This document shows positions 1 through 9,996 of a stretch of DNA of 64,000 bases, in pieces. Below the pieces are notes generated by a model. That model had not been told where the DNA came from. It did not search any database and was given only the letters and a program-made list of their open reading frames with translations. Every line of letters begins with the position of its first letter. The stretch's first letter is position 1. The stretch covers positions 1 through 64,000 of the forward strand of contig JAOZFG010000035.1 of the NCBI GenBank assembly GCA_027491435.1, in the 5' to 3' direction. The translations under genes and the position numbers were made by a program. This DNA is from Thermoproteota archaeon. Lineage in GTDB: Archaea; Korarchaeota; Korarchaeia; Korarchaeales; Korarchaeaceae.

Positions 1-1447
1 CTAGATGCTCTCCACTCGCCCCTTCCATTCCCCCTCTAAGGCCCCAGGGCCTGAGCTTGACCCTCTCACAGGCTATTGACAGGGTAGCCCTCTCCGACAA
101 GACCTTGAACTTTCTAGTTATGCCCAGACCTCCTCTGTATTGACCTGGACCCCCTGAGTCCTCCCTCAGGCTGTACTCCACGAAGAGTATGGGATACTCG
201 CGCTCTATTACCTCTATAGGGGTGTTCATCGTGTTTGTCATATGGGTGTGAACGCCGTCAACCCCATCCTTGCCTGGCCTGCCTCCCATTCCTCCACCTA
301 TTGTCTCGTAGAAGGCCCAGCCTGAGCCCTGGTGAACCCCTCCTACCATGACGTTGTTCATGCTACCGTGGCTGGCCGCAGGTATCCTGTCGGGAAGTGG
401 CACAGATAGAGCCTTCAGGACAGTCTCTGCTATCCTCTGAGAGGTCTCCACGTTGCCAGCCGCTACTGGAGCTGGCTTCTTCGGGTTTACAAGGGTCCCC
501 TCGGGAGCTGTTATGTTAACCACCTTGAAGAAGCCGTAGTTCATCGGAAGCTCCGGGTCCAAGGCCGCCTTTATGGCGTAGGAGGAGGAAGCCACAGTAA
601 CCCCGTAGACCGCATTTATCGGGACGTCCACCTGCTTATCAGTGCCAGTGAAGTCCACCTCCAGGCCTTCCCTCACCCTTAACGTGACCCTTATCCTTAT
701 CAGGCTGTCATCGGCTTCCATGTAATCCTCAGCCACGTACTCCCCTTCCGGAAGCTCACCTATCTTGTTCCTCATGTAGTTGGCGGTGTACTCTATCGAC
801 CTGTTCCACGACTCCAAGACAGTGTCCAGCCCGTACTTCTCCACCATCTCCATTATCCTCTTCTCCCCAACGTTTAAGGCCGCGATTTGAGCCTTTATGT
901 CGCCCCTAGTGTACTTAGGAACTCTCACGTTGTTGAGGAGGAGGTTCATCACCTCCTCGTCAAGCCTGCCCCCCTTCACTATCCTGATCGGGGGGATGAC
1001 CAGGCCCTCTTGTATTAACTCTCTAGCCTTACCGCTTATGCTACCTGGGACCATCCCTCCCACGTCTACGTGGTGGGCCTTGTTGGCCACGTATGCAAAT
1101 ACCTCATCGCCGTAAAAGAGGGGCTTTATCATAGTGACGTCGTTCAGGTGGGTCCCAGCTATGTAGGGGTCGTTGACCACCACAACGTCCCCTTTCCCCA
1201 GCTCTATTCCCTTCTGCCTCAGGTAGCTCACGGTGTTCTTCACTCCCACGGCCATGCTCCCCAAGTGGACGGGTATATGCTCTGCTTGAGCTACTAGCTC
1301 CCCTCCAGGCATGAGAATTGCACAGCTGTGGTCCATTCTATCCCTTATGTTCGGGGAGTAGGCTGCGTTCCTCAGGACTACCCCCATCTCCTCGGCTATG
1401 TAAGTGGAGGAGCTCCTGATCACCTCGACGGTGACGGGATCTACCAT
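1..1447 (-). CDS. hyuB: Hydantoinase B / 5-oxoprolinase subunit (runs off the window start)
   Basis: Not in the ORF track. Manual translation from the ATG at 1447 gives MVDPVTVEVIRSSSTYIAEEMGVVLRNAAYSPNIRDRMDHSCA, and later NDPYIAGTHLND and YETIGGGMG motifs. GGAGGTGA RBS; directly follows hyuA. Confidence 0.9.
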   Translation of the reverse strand, partial: MVDPVTVEVIRSSSTYIAEEMGVVLRNAAYSPNIRDRMDHSCAILMPGGELVAQAEHIPVHLGSMAVGVKNTVSYLRQKGIELGKGDVVVVNDPYIAGTHLNDVTMIKPLFYGDEVFAYVANKAHHVDVGGMVPGSISGKARELIQEGLVIPPIRIVKGGRLDEEVMNLLLNNVRVPKYTRGDIKAQIAALNVGEKRIMEMVEKYGLDTVLESWNRSIEYTANYMRNKIGELPEGEYVAEDYMEADDSLIRIRVTLRVREGLEVDFTGTDKQVDVPINAVYGVTVASSSYAIKAALDPELPMNYGFFKVVNITAPEGTLVNPKKPAPVAAGNVETSQRIAETVLKALSVPLPDRIPAASHGSMNNVMVGGVHQGSGWAFYETIGGGMGGRPGKDGVDGVHTHMTNTMNTPIEVIEREYPILFVEYSLREDSGGPGQYRGGLGITRKFKVLSERATLSIACERVKLRPWGLRGGMEGASGEHL

Positions 1448-1451
1448 AGGA

Positions 1452-3479
1452 TCACCTCCAGATTACCAGGTTGCCGAACCCGTCTACCTTGAACCAGTAG
1501 TCTGGGGGCACCAGGGTGGAGCTGTCGTACTCCTCAATTATTGCGGGGCCCTCCCGAGAGGCCCCGGGCCTCAGCTTCTCCCTTTTGAACAAGGGAACCT
1601 CCACCCACCCCAGGTCCTCGAAGTAAACCTTTCTGACCCCCTCCTTGAATGGTTTATGCTCCCTCTCCCGCTCCGCCTTTAGCTCCGGTTTGGGAAGGGT
1701 CCCTATCAAGGCCAGCCTCAGGTTCACCAGCTCTACAGGCTCATCTGGCGATGAATAGCCGTAGAGGGCCTCATGCTTCGCGTGGAAGGCTAATTGCGCC
1801 TCATTAATCGACCCAGTCCAGGGGACGTTTATTTCGTAGGCCTGTCCCTTATACCTGAGGTCCAGAGTCTTTATGGCCGTGACCCCGCTGACCTCAAGCT
1901 CTTTTTTAGCGTCCTCCTCCATCTCAGCAAAAACTGATTCTATTTCGCTTTCATCTACTTCCTCCAGCAGCTTTATCAACCCCTTTACCCTGTCCACCCT
2001 ATAATCTGTCAGCAGTAAGCCCATAGCAGAGAAGACGCCTGGGTGCTTCGGCACTAAGACCCTATAGACTTCCAGCTCCCTGGCCAAGTCTACCCCGTGA
2101 AGTGGACCTGCCCCTCCGAAGACGAACATGGTAAACTCCCTAGGATCATGCCCCCTCTCCACCGTCACTATCCTTAAGGCCTTGGCCATGACCGTGTTAG
2201 CTATCTTTATAATGCCCAAAGAGGTTTCCTCCACCGACAAGCCAACCTGATCAGCTATCTCCTTAACGGCCTTCGTGGCTAGCTCCTTGTGAAGCTTGAA
2301 CCCCCCGGCCAAGGTGTCTCCGAGCCTGCCCAGTAACAGGTTAGCGTCCGTTATAGTAGCTCTCTTTCCCCCCTTGTTGTAGCACGCCGGACCTGGGTCG
2401 GCTCCAGCGCTTATCGGTCCCACCCTTAAAGCGCCTCCCTCGTCCACCCAGGCTATGGTGCCTCCTCCGGCGCTGACCTCTGCCAGGTCTATGAAGGGGA
2501 ACCTGACTGGGTAGCCGGAGCCCTTCACCAGCCTGCCCGCGTGTATTTTACCGCCGACCTCGTACTCCGTAGTGACCGAAGGTTCGCCCCCAACTATCGT
2601 AGAGGCCTTGGCGGTGGTGCCCCCCATGTCAAACCCTATCACCTTCTCCAAGTTCAGAACCCTGGAGTAGTAGGCCACCGCCACCGCCCCGGCTGCTGGC
2701 CCCGATTCTATGAAGGCTGCAGGCCTTTCTACGGCGTTTTCCACCTTTGAGACCCCTCCGCTGCTCTGCATTATGAGGAGGTTTCCCTCGAACCCCTCCT
2801 CCCTTAACCTCCTCTGGAGTTTCCTCATGTATGTGGAGACGAGCTTCTTTAGGAACGCGTTGACGGCCGTAGTGCTGGTCCTCTCATACTCTTTATGCTC
2901 CGGGTTTACTTCAGAGGAAATGACCACGTCAATTCCTGGACATCTTTCCTTAATTATCTGCTTTATCCTCCTTTCATGAATGTCATTAACATAGCTGTTT
3001 ATAAGGGAGACCGCTATAACCTCATATCTTGAACACAGTTCATCTATTAGCTTAATAACTTCTCTCTCATCTAGAGGTTCAATTATTTCACCTTTCGGCC
3101 CAATTCTCTCGCTTACTTCGTACCTGTCCCTCCTCTTTATCAAGGGCGCGGGTTTTTCAAAGAATAAGTTATAGAGCTCCGGCCTCCTCTGCCTACCAAG
3201 CTCTAACACGTCCCTAAATCCCTTAGTCGTTATCAGAGCAACTTTTGGAGGGGTCAACCCCTCCTGGCCCAGGAACATGTTAGTTCCCAAGGTGGTGGCG
3301 TGGACTATCATGCTCATCTCATTTAGAGAGATCCCGGATTTCCTTATCCCGTTCATCACGCCTTCAGTTGGCTCCTTTGGAGTGGTGAGAACCTTCACTA
3401 CCTTAAGTTCACCGCTCTCCTCGTTCAGAAACACCAGGTCGGTGAACGTACCACCTATATCGATGCCCGCCCTCCACAT
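1452..3479 (-). CDS. hyuA: Hydantoinase A / oxoprolinase family ATP-dependent subunit
   Basis: GIDIGGTFTD, HATTLGTN, SGPAAG, DMGGTT, AGADPGPACY and FGGAGPLH motifs. Confidence 0.93.
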   Translation of the reverse strand: MWRAGIDIGGTFTDLVFLNEESGELKVVKVLTTPKEPTEGVMNGIRKSGISLNEMSMIVHATTLGTNMFLGQEGLTPPKVALITTKGFRDVLELGRQRRPELYNLFFEKPAPLIKRRDRYEVSERIGPKGEIIEPLDEREVIKLIDELCSRYEVIAVSLINSYVNDIHERRIKQIIKERCPGIDVVISSEVNPEHKEYERTSTTAVNAFLKKLVSTYMRKLQRRLREEGFEGNLLIMQSSGGVSKVENAVERPAAFIESGPAAGAVAVAYYSRVLNLEKVIGFDMGGTTAKASTIVGGEPSVTTEYEVGGKIHAGRLVKGSGYPVRFPFIDLAEVSAGGGTIAWVDEGGALRVGPISAGADPGPACYNKGGKRATITDANLLLGRLGDTLAGGFKLHKELATKAVKEIADQVGLSVEETSLGIIKIANTVMAKALRIVTVERGHDPREFTMFVFGGAGPLHGVDLARELEVYRVLVPKHPGVFSAMGLLLTDYRVDRVKGLIKLLEEVDESEIESVFAEMEEDAKKELEVSGVTAIKTLDLRYKGQAYEINVPWTGSINEAQLAFHAKHEALYGYSSPDEPVELVNLRLALIGTLPKPELKAEREREHKPFKEGVRKVYFEDLGWVEVPLFKREKLRPGASREGPAIIEEYDSSTLVPPDYWFKVDGFGNLVIWR

Positions 3480-3509
3480 CTAGCTACGTGACCTATGACA
3501 GCTTAAAAT

Positions 3510-3600
3510 TATTTACGTTGTATATAATTTTAACTCCATATTAGGTAGGGCTTTTTGACAAAAATTTTTACAGATCTATAGAAAGCTATATATCTAAGAC
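3510..3600. promoter_or_regulatory. Divergent promoter region between hyuA and the ABC operon
   Basis: AT-rich, with TATATA boxes near 3521 and 3587 and the inverted repeat TTTTTG-A-CAAAAA at 3552-3564. Confidence 0.5.
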
Positions 3601-3639
3601 CCCCCGTCTAACACACAGCCTAATTGCGGAGGTGTTAGT

Positions 3640-4932
3640 ATGAGATCTGGAATCAGTAAGACGCTCCTAGGAGCAATAGTGGTCATATTGATAATCATCA
3701 TAGCGGCAGCGGCCTTCATGATGATGAAGCCCAGCGGAGGGGAGGAGAAGGTAGTCAAGGTAGGGGTCATACTGCCGCTGTCGGGTAAGCTTGCGGAGAC
3801 CGGGGCAGACCTCAAGAGGGGAATTGAGTTTGCAGTTGAACAGATAAACGCTCAGGGAGGAATAAAAAGCCTTGGAGGGGCTAAGATAGTGCTCGTCTAC
3901 GGTGACAGCGCTGGAAAGCCCGAGACTGGAGCAGCAGAAGCTGAAAGGCTAATCACCGAGGAGAAGGTAGTGGCCATAATAGGCGCTTACCAGAGCGCCG
4001 TGTCGAAGACCGTTAGCGAGGTCTGCGAGAGGTATAAGGTGCCCATGCTCAACCCCGACTCCACCTCACCTACGTTAACGGCTAGAGGCTACAAGTGGTT
4101 CTTCAGGACAACTCCACACGATGAGACCTTCGCCAAGCAACACGTGGAGTTCGTGAAGTGGCTCAACAAGAAGTTCGGGAACCAGATAAAGACCGTAGCC
4201 ATAATACACGAGGACACCGAGTGGGGAACGGCTACCGCCAACGCCTGGAAGAAGTACTTCACCGAGGCCGGCTTTAAAGTGGTCAAGGTGGTCAGCTACC
4301 ACGCTGCCACGGTGACCTCACTGGATAGCGAGGTTGAGAGCCTTAAGGCCGCTAACCCAGACCTGTTACTGGCAGCTAGCTACGTATCTGACGCCATACT
4401 GTTGGTTCAGACGATGAAGCAGAAGGACTTTAACCCTAAGGCCGTGCTCGCCCAAGACGCTGGCTTCATAAACCCAAGCTACGTGAAGCAGGTTGGCAAG
4501 GACGGGTTCTACATATTCAGCAGAGAGGTGTTCAACTGGGACCTGATAGAGAAAATACCCAAGTTGAAGCAGGTAAACGACGCCTATAAGGCTAAATACG
4601 GAGTCGACCTGAACGGTAACTCGGCTAGAGACTACACTGGCGTGTGGGTGCTCTACTACGCTTTAGAGGAGGCTGGGAAGAAAGCTAAGCCCTCCGACCT
4701 GGAGGCCTTCAGGAAGGCGATAAGGGATGCCCTGGCCAACATAAACATACCAGGAAGCGAGCTCATAATGCCTTGGAAGGGAGTGAAGTTCGGACCAGAC
4801 GGTCAGAACATGTTGGGACAGGGAATAGTAGTGCAGATGATGGACGACGGCAAGTACCACACGGTTTATCCGGAGGACTTCGCCACTGCACAGCCCGTGT
4901 TCCCCATGCCCAAGTGGAGTGAGAGAGGCTAA
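3640..4932 (+). CDS. livK: Branched-chain amino acid-type ABC transporter substrate-binding protein
   Basis: N-terminal TM anchor; VKVGVILPLSG, IIGAYQS and FFRT motifs of the LivJ/K family. Confidence 0.88.
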   Translation: MRSGISKTLLGAIVVILIIIIAAAAFMMMKPSGGEEKVVKVGVILPLSGKLAETGADLKRGIEFAVEQINAQGGIKSLGGAKIVLVYGDSAGKPETGAAEAERLITEEKVVAIIGAYQSAVSKTVSEVCERYKVPMLNPDSTSPTLTARGYKWFFRTTPHDETFAKQHVEFVKWLNKKFGNQIKTVAIIHEDTEWGTATANAWKKYFTEAGFKVVKVVSYHAATVTSLDSEVESLKAANPDLLLAASYVSDAILLVQTMKQKDFNPKAVLAQDAGFINPSYVKQVGKDGFYIFSREVFNWDLIEKIPKLKQVNDAYKAKYGVDLNGNSARDYTGVWVLYYALEEAGKKAKPSDLEAFRKAIRDALANINIPGSELIMPWKGVKFGPDGQNMLGQGIVVQMMDDGKYHTVYPEDFATAQPVFPMPKWSERG

Positions 4933-4942
4933 CCCCCATCCC

Positions 4943-4949
4943 TTTTTTT
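4943..4949 (+). terminator. Oligo-T tract after the substrate-binding gene (probable partial terminator)
   Basis: T7 run 10 nt after the stop codon, as in archaeal U-tract terminators. Confidence 0.45.
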
Positions 4950-4952
4950 AGG

Positions 4953-5837
4953 GTGGTCCTTTTGCTGATAGGCGCTGAGAGCGTCCTGAGCGCTTTAGTG
5001 GACGGAGTTCTAATTGGCAGCATTTACTCCCTGATAGCCATGGGGCTAGCTCTCATATGGGGGATCATGGACGTAATAAACTTCGCACAGGGAGACTACA
5101 TGATGCTGGGGGCCTTTCTCACCTACTGGCTCTATGTATTGGCTGGGATAGACCCCCTGCTCAGCATACCACTGTCCTTCGCAACCGTGTTTGTTATGGG
5201 GGTAATCACCCAGAAGGCGGTGATAGACAGAATACTAGACGCCCCAATGGTGAGCCAGATCACCGCTACATTCGCAGTCCTCCTGATAATAAGGTACGGA
5301 GCTGAAGTGGTGTTCGGCCCCTACACCAGGAGGCTTACGGTTAGCTACCTCAGCGAGGTACTTCGGTTCGGCCCGATAGTGGTTCCTATGAACAGGCTGG
5401 TGGCCTTCTTGGTGTCCATAGTGGTAACCGCCGTCCTATTCCTGTTCCTGAAGATGACCTACACAGGAATTGCTCTGAGGGCCGTCTCCCAAAACAGGGA
5501 GGCCGCATATCTAATGGGGATAAACGTGAGCAGGATGTACTGGATAGCCTTCGGCATAGGGGTGGGCATCTCGGCTATAGGTGGAACCTTGCTCGCTACT
5601 TTCTACCCGATACACCCTGAAATGGCAGCATTCTTCACGCTATTGGCCTTCATAATAGTGGTTTTTGGTGGGTTTGGGAGCGTCTTCGGGGCTTACATAA
5701 GTGGGATAATTATAGGGGTCACCGAGTCTGTCAGCGCCCTCTTCATATCTCCCACGTTAAAAGACGTGGTCGCCTTCCTGCTTTTCATAATAGTGATACT
5801 GGTGAAGCCAACTGGCCTGTTCGGTAAGGAGCAGTGA
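4953..5837 (+). CDS. livH: ABC transporter permease, LivH type
   Basis: GLALIWGIMDVINFAQG, ALRAVSQNREAA and KPTGLFG motifs. Confidence 0.9.
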   Translation: MVLLLIGAESVLSALVDGVLIGSIYSLIAMGLALIWGIMDVINFAQGDYMMLGAFLTYWLYVLAGIDPLLSIPLSFATVFVMGVITQKAVIDRILDAPMVSQITATFAVLLIIRYGAEVVFGPYTRRLTVSYLSEVLRFGPIVVPMNRLVAFLVSIVVTAVLFLFLKMTYTGIALRAVSQNREAAYLMGINVSRMYWIAFGIGVGISAIGGTLLATFYPIHPEMAAFFTLLAFIIVVFGGFGSVFGAYISGIIIGVTESVSALFISPTLKDVVAFLLFIIVILVKPTGLFGKEQ

Positions 5838-5846
5838 GGTGATTCC

Positions 5847-6878
5847 ATGAACCTCCTGATTAACGCGATTAGGAAGAACTTGAACTACCTCATCCTGGTG
5901 AGCGTCATCCTCTTGATAGCCCCAGCGGCCTTCATGAAGCTGAACTTGCCGTTCCCTGCTAACGCCCTCTTCCTCTGCTTGATGTACGCAATTATGGCTA
6001 TGGCTTGGAACCTGCTGGCCGGTTACGGGGGTCAGCTCAGCATAGGACATGCGGTCTTCTTCGGAGTCGGCGCCTACACGACCATGATACTCATGCTCTA
6101 CTACCAGGTGACCCCATGGGTGGGCATATTCGTTGGGGGCTTCGTGGCTGCCATCACTGGGTTGGCTTTGGGGATCCCCCTTTTCAGGCTGAGGAGTCAC
6201 TGGTTCACCCTCGCTACCATAGCCGTCGGGGAGATATTCAAGCTGGTGTTCATCACCTGGGAGTGGGTGGGAGGTTCTAGAGGGCTGCAGCCTCCAATAG
6301 CCAAGAGCGATTGGGAGGCCCTTTACTTCATCCAGTACGCCGGGCCCTACGTTTACGTGTACATAGCCCTAGGAGTGCTGGCCCTTGAGCTCTTGGTCCT
6401 TTACTTGGTGGTTAACAGCAAGATCGGCTTCTACCTTCAGGCTATAAGGGAAGATGAAGATGCAGCCATGAGTTTGGGAGTTAACCCGTTTAACTACAAG
6501 ATGGTAGCCATGTTCATAAGCGCTTTCTTTACCGGAATGGGCGGTGGGCTCTACACGATAAGGTTCAGGTTCGTCGATCCATTTGCCGTGTTCGACCTAA
6601 TCACCATCTCTGTGTACATAACGGTGGCCGGGATCGTAGGTGGGATTTACTCGTTCATAGGGCCAGTGGTGGGATCTTTCGTGTTCGTGCCTGTGAGCGA
6701 GTACGTGAGGGCTCAGATAGTGTCTAGATTTCCCAGGTTCTACGGGCTCCACGTGTTCGTGTTAGGGGTGCTCTTACTCATAATATCGCTGATAGCCCCA
6801 GATGGCATAATGGGCTGGCTGGAGAAGAAAGGAGTTGTGAAGAGAAGGGTTGCCATACCTGTTGAGGAGGTGGAGTGA
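5847..6878 (+). CDS. livM: ABC transporter permease, LivM type
   Basis: NLLAGYGGQLSIGHAVFFG and AIREDEDAAMSLG motifs. Confidence 0.9.
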   Translation: MNLLINAIRKNLNYLILVSVILLIAPAAFMKLNLPFPANALFLCLMYAIMAMAWNLLAGYGGQLSIGHAVFFGVGAYTTMILMLYYQVTPWVGIFVGGFVAAITGLALGIPLFRLRSHWFTLATIAVGEIFKLVFITWEWVGGSRGLQPPIAKSDWEALYFIQYAGPYVYVYIALGVLALELLVLYLVVNSKIGFYLQAIREDEDAAMSLGVNPFNYKMVAMFISAFFTGMGGGLYTIRFRFVDPFAVFDLITISVYITVAGIVGGIYSFIGPVVGSFVFVPVSEYVRAQIVSRFPRFYGLHVFVLGVLLLIISLIAPDGIMGWLEKKGVVKRRVAIPVEEVE

Positions 6879-7594
6879 TGCTACTGGAAGTCAAGGGGGT
6901 TGTGAAGAGGTTTGGAGGGCTAGTCGCCGTGGACGACGTGAGCTTTGACGTCGATAAGGGTGAGATAGTCGGCCTGATAGGCCCCAACGGGGCCGGAAAG
7001 ACCACTCTATTCAACGTGATCTCCGGCTTCTACAAGCCCAACAAGGGTAAGGTGATCTTCAAGGGCATTGACGTGACGGGTAAGAGGCCCTATGAGATGG
7101 CCAGGCTCGGACTCGGGAGGACCTTCCAGATAGTAAAACCCCTTATGGGACTTACAGTCGCTGAGAACGTGGCTATAGGGGCTATGATAAAGTATCCTGA
7201 CGCGTCTGAAGCTTTGAGAAAGGCCCTTGAAGTTCTGGAGTTCACCGGACTTTATGACAAGAGGTTTGCTCTAGCTAGGACCCTCAATCTGGCTGAGAAG
7301 AAGAGGTTAGAGCTTTCCAGGGCCCTTGCCATGGAGCCAGACCTCATGCTGCTGGATGAGGTCATAGCCGGGTTGAACCCAACCGAGGTGGATATGGTGC
7401 TTGACCTGTTGAAGGAGGTGAACAGAAAAGGCATAACCATCCTGATGGTGGAACACGTGATGAGGGCCGTCATGAACATCTCACAGAGGATAGTAGTCCT
7501 TCACCACGGGCAGAAGATAGCTGAGGGAACCCCTGAAGAGGTGGCCAACGATCCCAAGGTCATAGAAGCCTACCTGGGGAGGGAGGAACTATGA
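6875..7594 (+). CDS. livG: ABC transporter ATPase, LivG type
   Basis: GPNGAGKTT, LLDE, VEHVM and IEAYLG motifs. Confidence 0.92.
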   Translation: MMLLEVKGVVKRFGGLVAVDDVSFDVDKGEIVGLIGPNGAGKTTLFNVISGFYKPNKGKVIFKGIDVTGKRPYEMARLGLGRTFQIVKPLMGLTVAENVAIGAMIKYPDASEALRKALEVLEFTGLYDKRFALARTLNLAEKKRLELSRALAMEPDLMLLDEVIAGLNPTEVDMVLDLLKEVNRKGITILMVEHVMRAVMNISQRIVVLHHGQKIAEGTPEEVANDPKVIEAYLGREEL

Positions 7595-8301
7595 GCCTCT
7601 TGGAGGTTAAGGGTATAGACGTCTTCTACGGCGAGATCCAGGCCCTTTGGGGAGTCACCTTCAGCGTTGAGAAGGGGACTATAACTTCGATACTTGGGGC
7701 CAATGGGGCGGGAAAGACCACGACTTTGAAAACCATATCGGGACTTCTCATACCGAGAAGGGGGACCATAAAACTGAACGGTGAGGACATAACCAAGGAA
7801 GAGCCCCACAAGAGGGTAGAAATGGGCATAGCCCACGTTCCGGAGGGGAGGGGCCTATTCCCCAGGTTGACCGTCCTGGAGAACCTAAAGGCAGCCGCTT
7901 ACACCAAGAGGGCCAGGGAGAAGTTTCACGATACCCTGGAAATAGTGTACAATCACTTCCCTATCCTTAAAGAGAGGAAAGACCAGTTGGCCGGAACCCT
8001 GAGCGGTGGAGAGCAACAGATGCTCGCCATTGCCAGGGGTTTGATACAGAGGCCGCTCCTCCTCATGCTAGACGAGCCAAGCCTGGGGTTAGCCCCCAAG
8101 CTCGTGATGGAAGTTTTCCTGTTAACCAAGAGGTTAAAGGAGGAAGGGTATACCATACTCCTGGTGGAACAGAACGTCTACCAAGCTTTGAGGCTATCGG
8201 ACATGGCTTACATACTCGAGATAGGCAGGATAGTTAGGAAGGGAACTGGTGAAGAACTCCTGGGCGATGAGGCCGTTAAAAGGGCTTATCTGGGGCTGTA
8301 G
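7591..8301 (+). CDS. livF: ABC transporter ATPase, LivF type
   Basis: GANGAGKTT, LSGGEQQM and LDEPSLGLAP motifs. Confidence 0.92.
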   Translation: MSLLEVKGIDVFYGEIQALWGVTFSVEKGTITSILGANGAGKTTTLKTISGLLIPRRGTIKLNGEDITKEEPHKRVEMGIAHVPEGRGLFPRLTVLENLKAAAYTKRAREKFHDTLEIVYNHFPILKERKDQLAGTLSGGEQQMLAIARGLIQRPLLLMLDEPSLGLAPKLVMEVFLLTKRLKEEGYTILLVEQNVYQALRLSDMAYILEIGRIVRKGTGEELLGDEAVKRAYLGL

Positions 8302-8309
8302 GTGGTACC

Positions 8310-9023
8310 ATGTACGGTTGGAGGGGTAGGGTGGGACTAATAGTCCCATCTTCCAACACGACCATGGAGGAGGAGTTCAGGGCTTGGCTGCCTGACGGCG
8401 TGTCCCTCCATGTTTCTAGGATAAGGCTGAGAAAGGTGAACGTGGAGGAGCTCAAGTCAATGAAGGAAGGGGTAAAGATGGCCTCCTCCCTACTCGCCGA
8501 CGCCGGCGTAGACGTCATAGTTTATGGATGTACCACCGGTAGCTTGGTGGGTGGAAAAGGTTACGATGAGGAGATAAGGGCTGAGATAGAAGGGGAAACG
8601 GGTGTGAAGGCCGTAGCCACGGCGACTGCTGTTCTAGAGGCGCTAAGGGAGTTAGGCGTGAAGAAGGTGGCTGTAGTCACGCCCTACATTGAGGAGGTCA
8701 ACGAGAAGGAGAGGGAGTTCCTAGAGGACAACGGATTTGAGGTTACTGCGATGAAGGGATTGGGAATAGAGGATAACTTGGAGATAGGGAGACAGCCACC
8801 TGAAGTGGCCTATAGGCTGGCTAGAGGGGTGAACCTCAGCAGGGCGGAGGCCCTCTTCATAAGCTGCACCAACTTTAGGACGTTTGAGGTCATAGATTCC
8901 TTAGAGCTTGACATGGGAGTTCCGGTTATATCTAGCAACTCGGCCACCTTATGGGCTACGTTGAGGGCCCTTAACGTGAGGGAGGACATATTGGGATTAG
9001 GTGAGCTTCTGTTAAGGCTGTAA
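8310..9023 (+). CDS. Asp/Glu racemase / maleate cis-trans isomerase family protein
   Basis: GLIVPSSNTTME, YGCTTGS, VTPY and ISCTNF motifs (two catalytic Cys). Confidence 0.85.
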   Translation: MYGWRGRVGLIVPSSNTTMEEEFRAWLPDGVSLHVSRIRLRKVNVEELKSMKEGVKMASSLLADAGVDVIVYGCTTGSLVGGKGYDEEIRAEIEGETGVKAVATATAVLEALRELGVKKVAVVTPYIEEVNEKEREFLEDNGFEVTAMKGLGIEDNLEIGRQPPEVAYRLARGVNLSRAEALFISCTNFRTFEVIDSLELDMGVPVISSNSATLWATLRALNVREDILGLGELLLRL

Positions 9024-9098
9024 CTCGCTTTCCCACTATTTTTATGCACTTAGCTGGAAAGCTTTTTCTAGGTATGTCAGGGTGTACCCAGGGATTAA

Positions 9099-9515
9099 AT
9101 GCTTGAGAGGATACTCAGGGCTGCCATGATAGGTTATATGTACGGAATTGAGAACGCCGTGGGATCTGCTTCTCAAGTGGCTTCCAACATAGCCGGAAGA
9201 GTCGTTGGGAAAGAAATCCTGAAGGTTTACAGGGAGACCGGCTTTAAAGGTGAGGTTGAGGAAGTGCCGGAGATGTTGTCAATTTTTGGAGAGTTAAGCC
9301 TGAATAGGAGAGAATTCGGCTGGCTAGCCGAGGTCTCCAACTGTAAAATATGTCCGAAACGCGTTGGCGGCTATCAGTTCGAGGGAACTGCCTGCCCTTG
9401 GCCCGGGATCCTGGTGGGGATGCTAGAGGAAATAACTAGGGAAAAGTTTAGCATAACAGCCAAGCTCACCCCGGGCGAGGTCTGCGTGATCAAGATAGAG
9501 AGGAAGACCGAATGA
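9099..9515 (+). CDS. Stand-alone V4R/HNOX-like ligand-binding domain protein
   Basis: Helical N-half, then CKIC...C-x3-GILVGML...C-x-I pattern typical of V4R-like domains. Confidence 0.55.
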   Translation: MLERILRAAMIGYMYGIENAVGSASQVASNIAGRVVGKEILKVYRETGFKGEVEEVPEMLSIFGELSLNRREFGWLAEVSNCKICPKRVGGYQFEGTACPWPGILVGMLEEITREKFSITAKLTPGEVCVIKIERKTE

Positions 9516-9881
9516 TCACACAACGCCCCTGAGCTCCTCAGCGGTCTTCATGGCCGCCAACATCAGGGCACCTAGCTTTGCCTGAGGGTCGGCCAGTATC
9601 ACCAGGAAGGCCCTCTCGCTCAAGGGGATCATGAAAACGGTCCCTTTATCTCCTTTTATGCTTATATGCTTGATTGGCTCTATACCAAGCTCCTGTGAAA
9701 CCTGTTGAGCTACGCTTATCACTATAACGGATCTGGCGGCGAAGAGATCCTCCTCATCTGTCTCAAGCCCGTCTGAAGCCACTATGAGCCCATCGCTGGT
9801 TATCACGCCCGAGGCCTTTATCCCGGGGGCGATAGCCTTCATCTGGTGAAGCTTGTTAACAATTTCAGTTTGGAGGGACAT
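9516..9881 (-). CDS. Roadblock/LC7 (MglB-like) protein
   Basis: 121 aa; GIKASGVITSDGLIVAS motif; C-terminal AKLGAL. Confidence 0.85.
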   Translation of the reverse strand: MSLQTEIVNKLHQMKAIAPGIKASGVITSDGLIVASDGLETDEEDLFAARSVIVISVAQQVSQELGIEPIKHISIKGDKGTVFMIPLSERAFLVILADPQAKLGALMLAAMKTAEELRGVV

Positions 9882-9996
9882 AACTACACCTCGTAAACGA
9901 TGGAATTTACTCTTAATAACCTTTATCCCCTGGGGGACAGGTGCCAGCTCCCGACAGGTCAGTTACCTTTTTCAAAGCGATAAGTGTTGAGGATCG

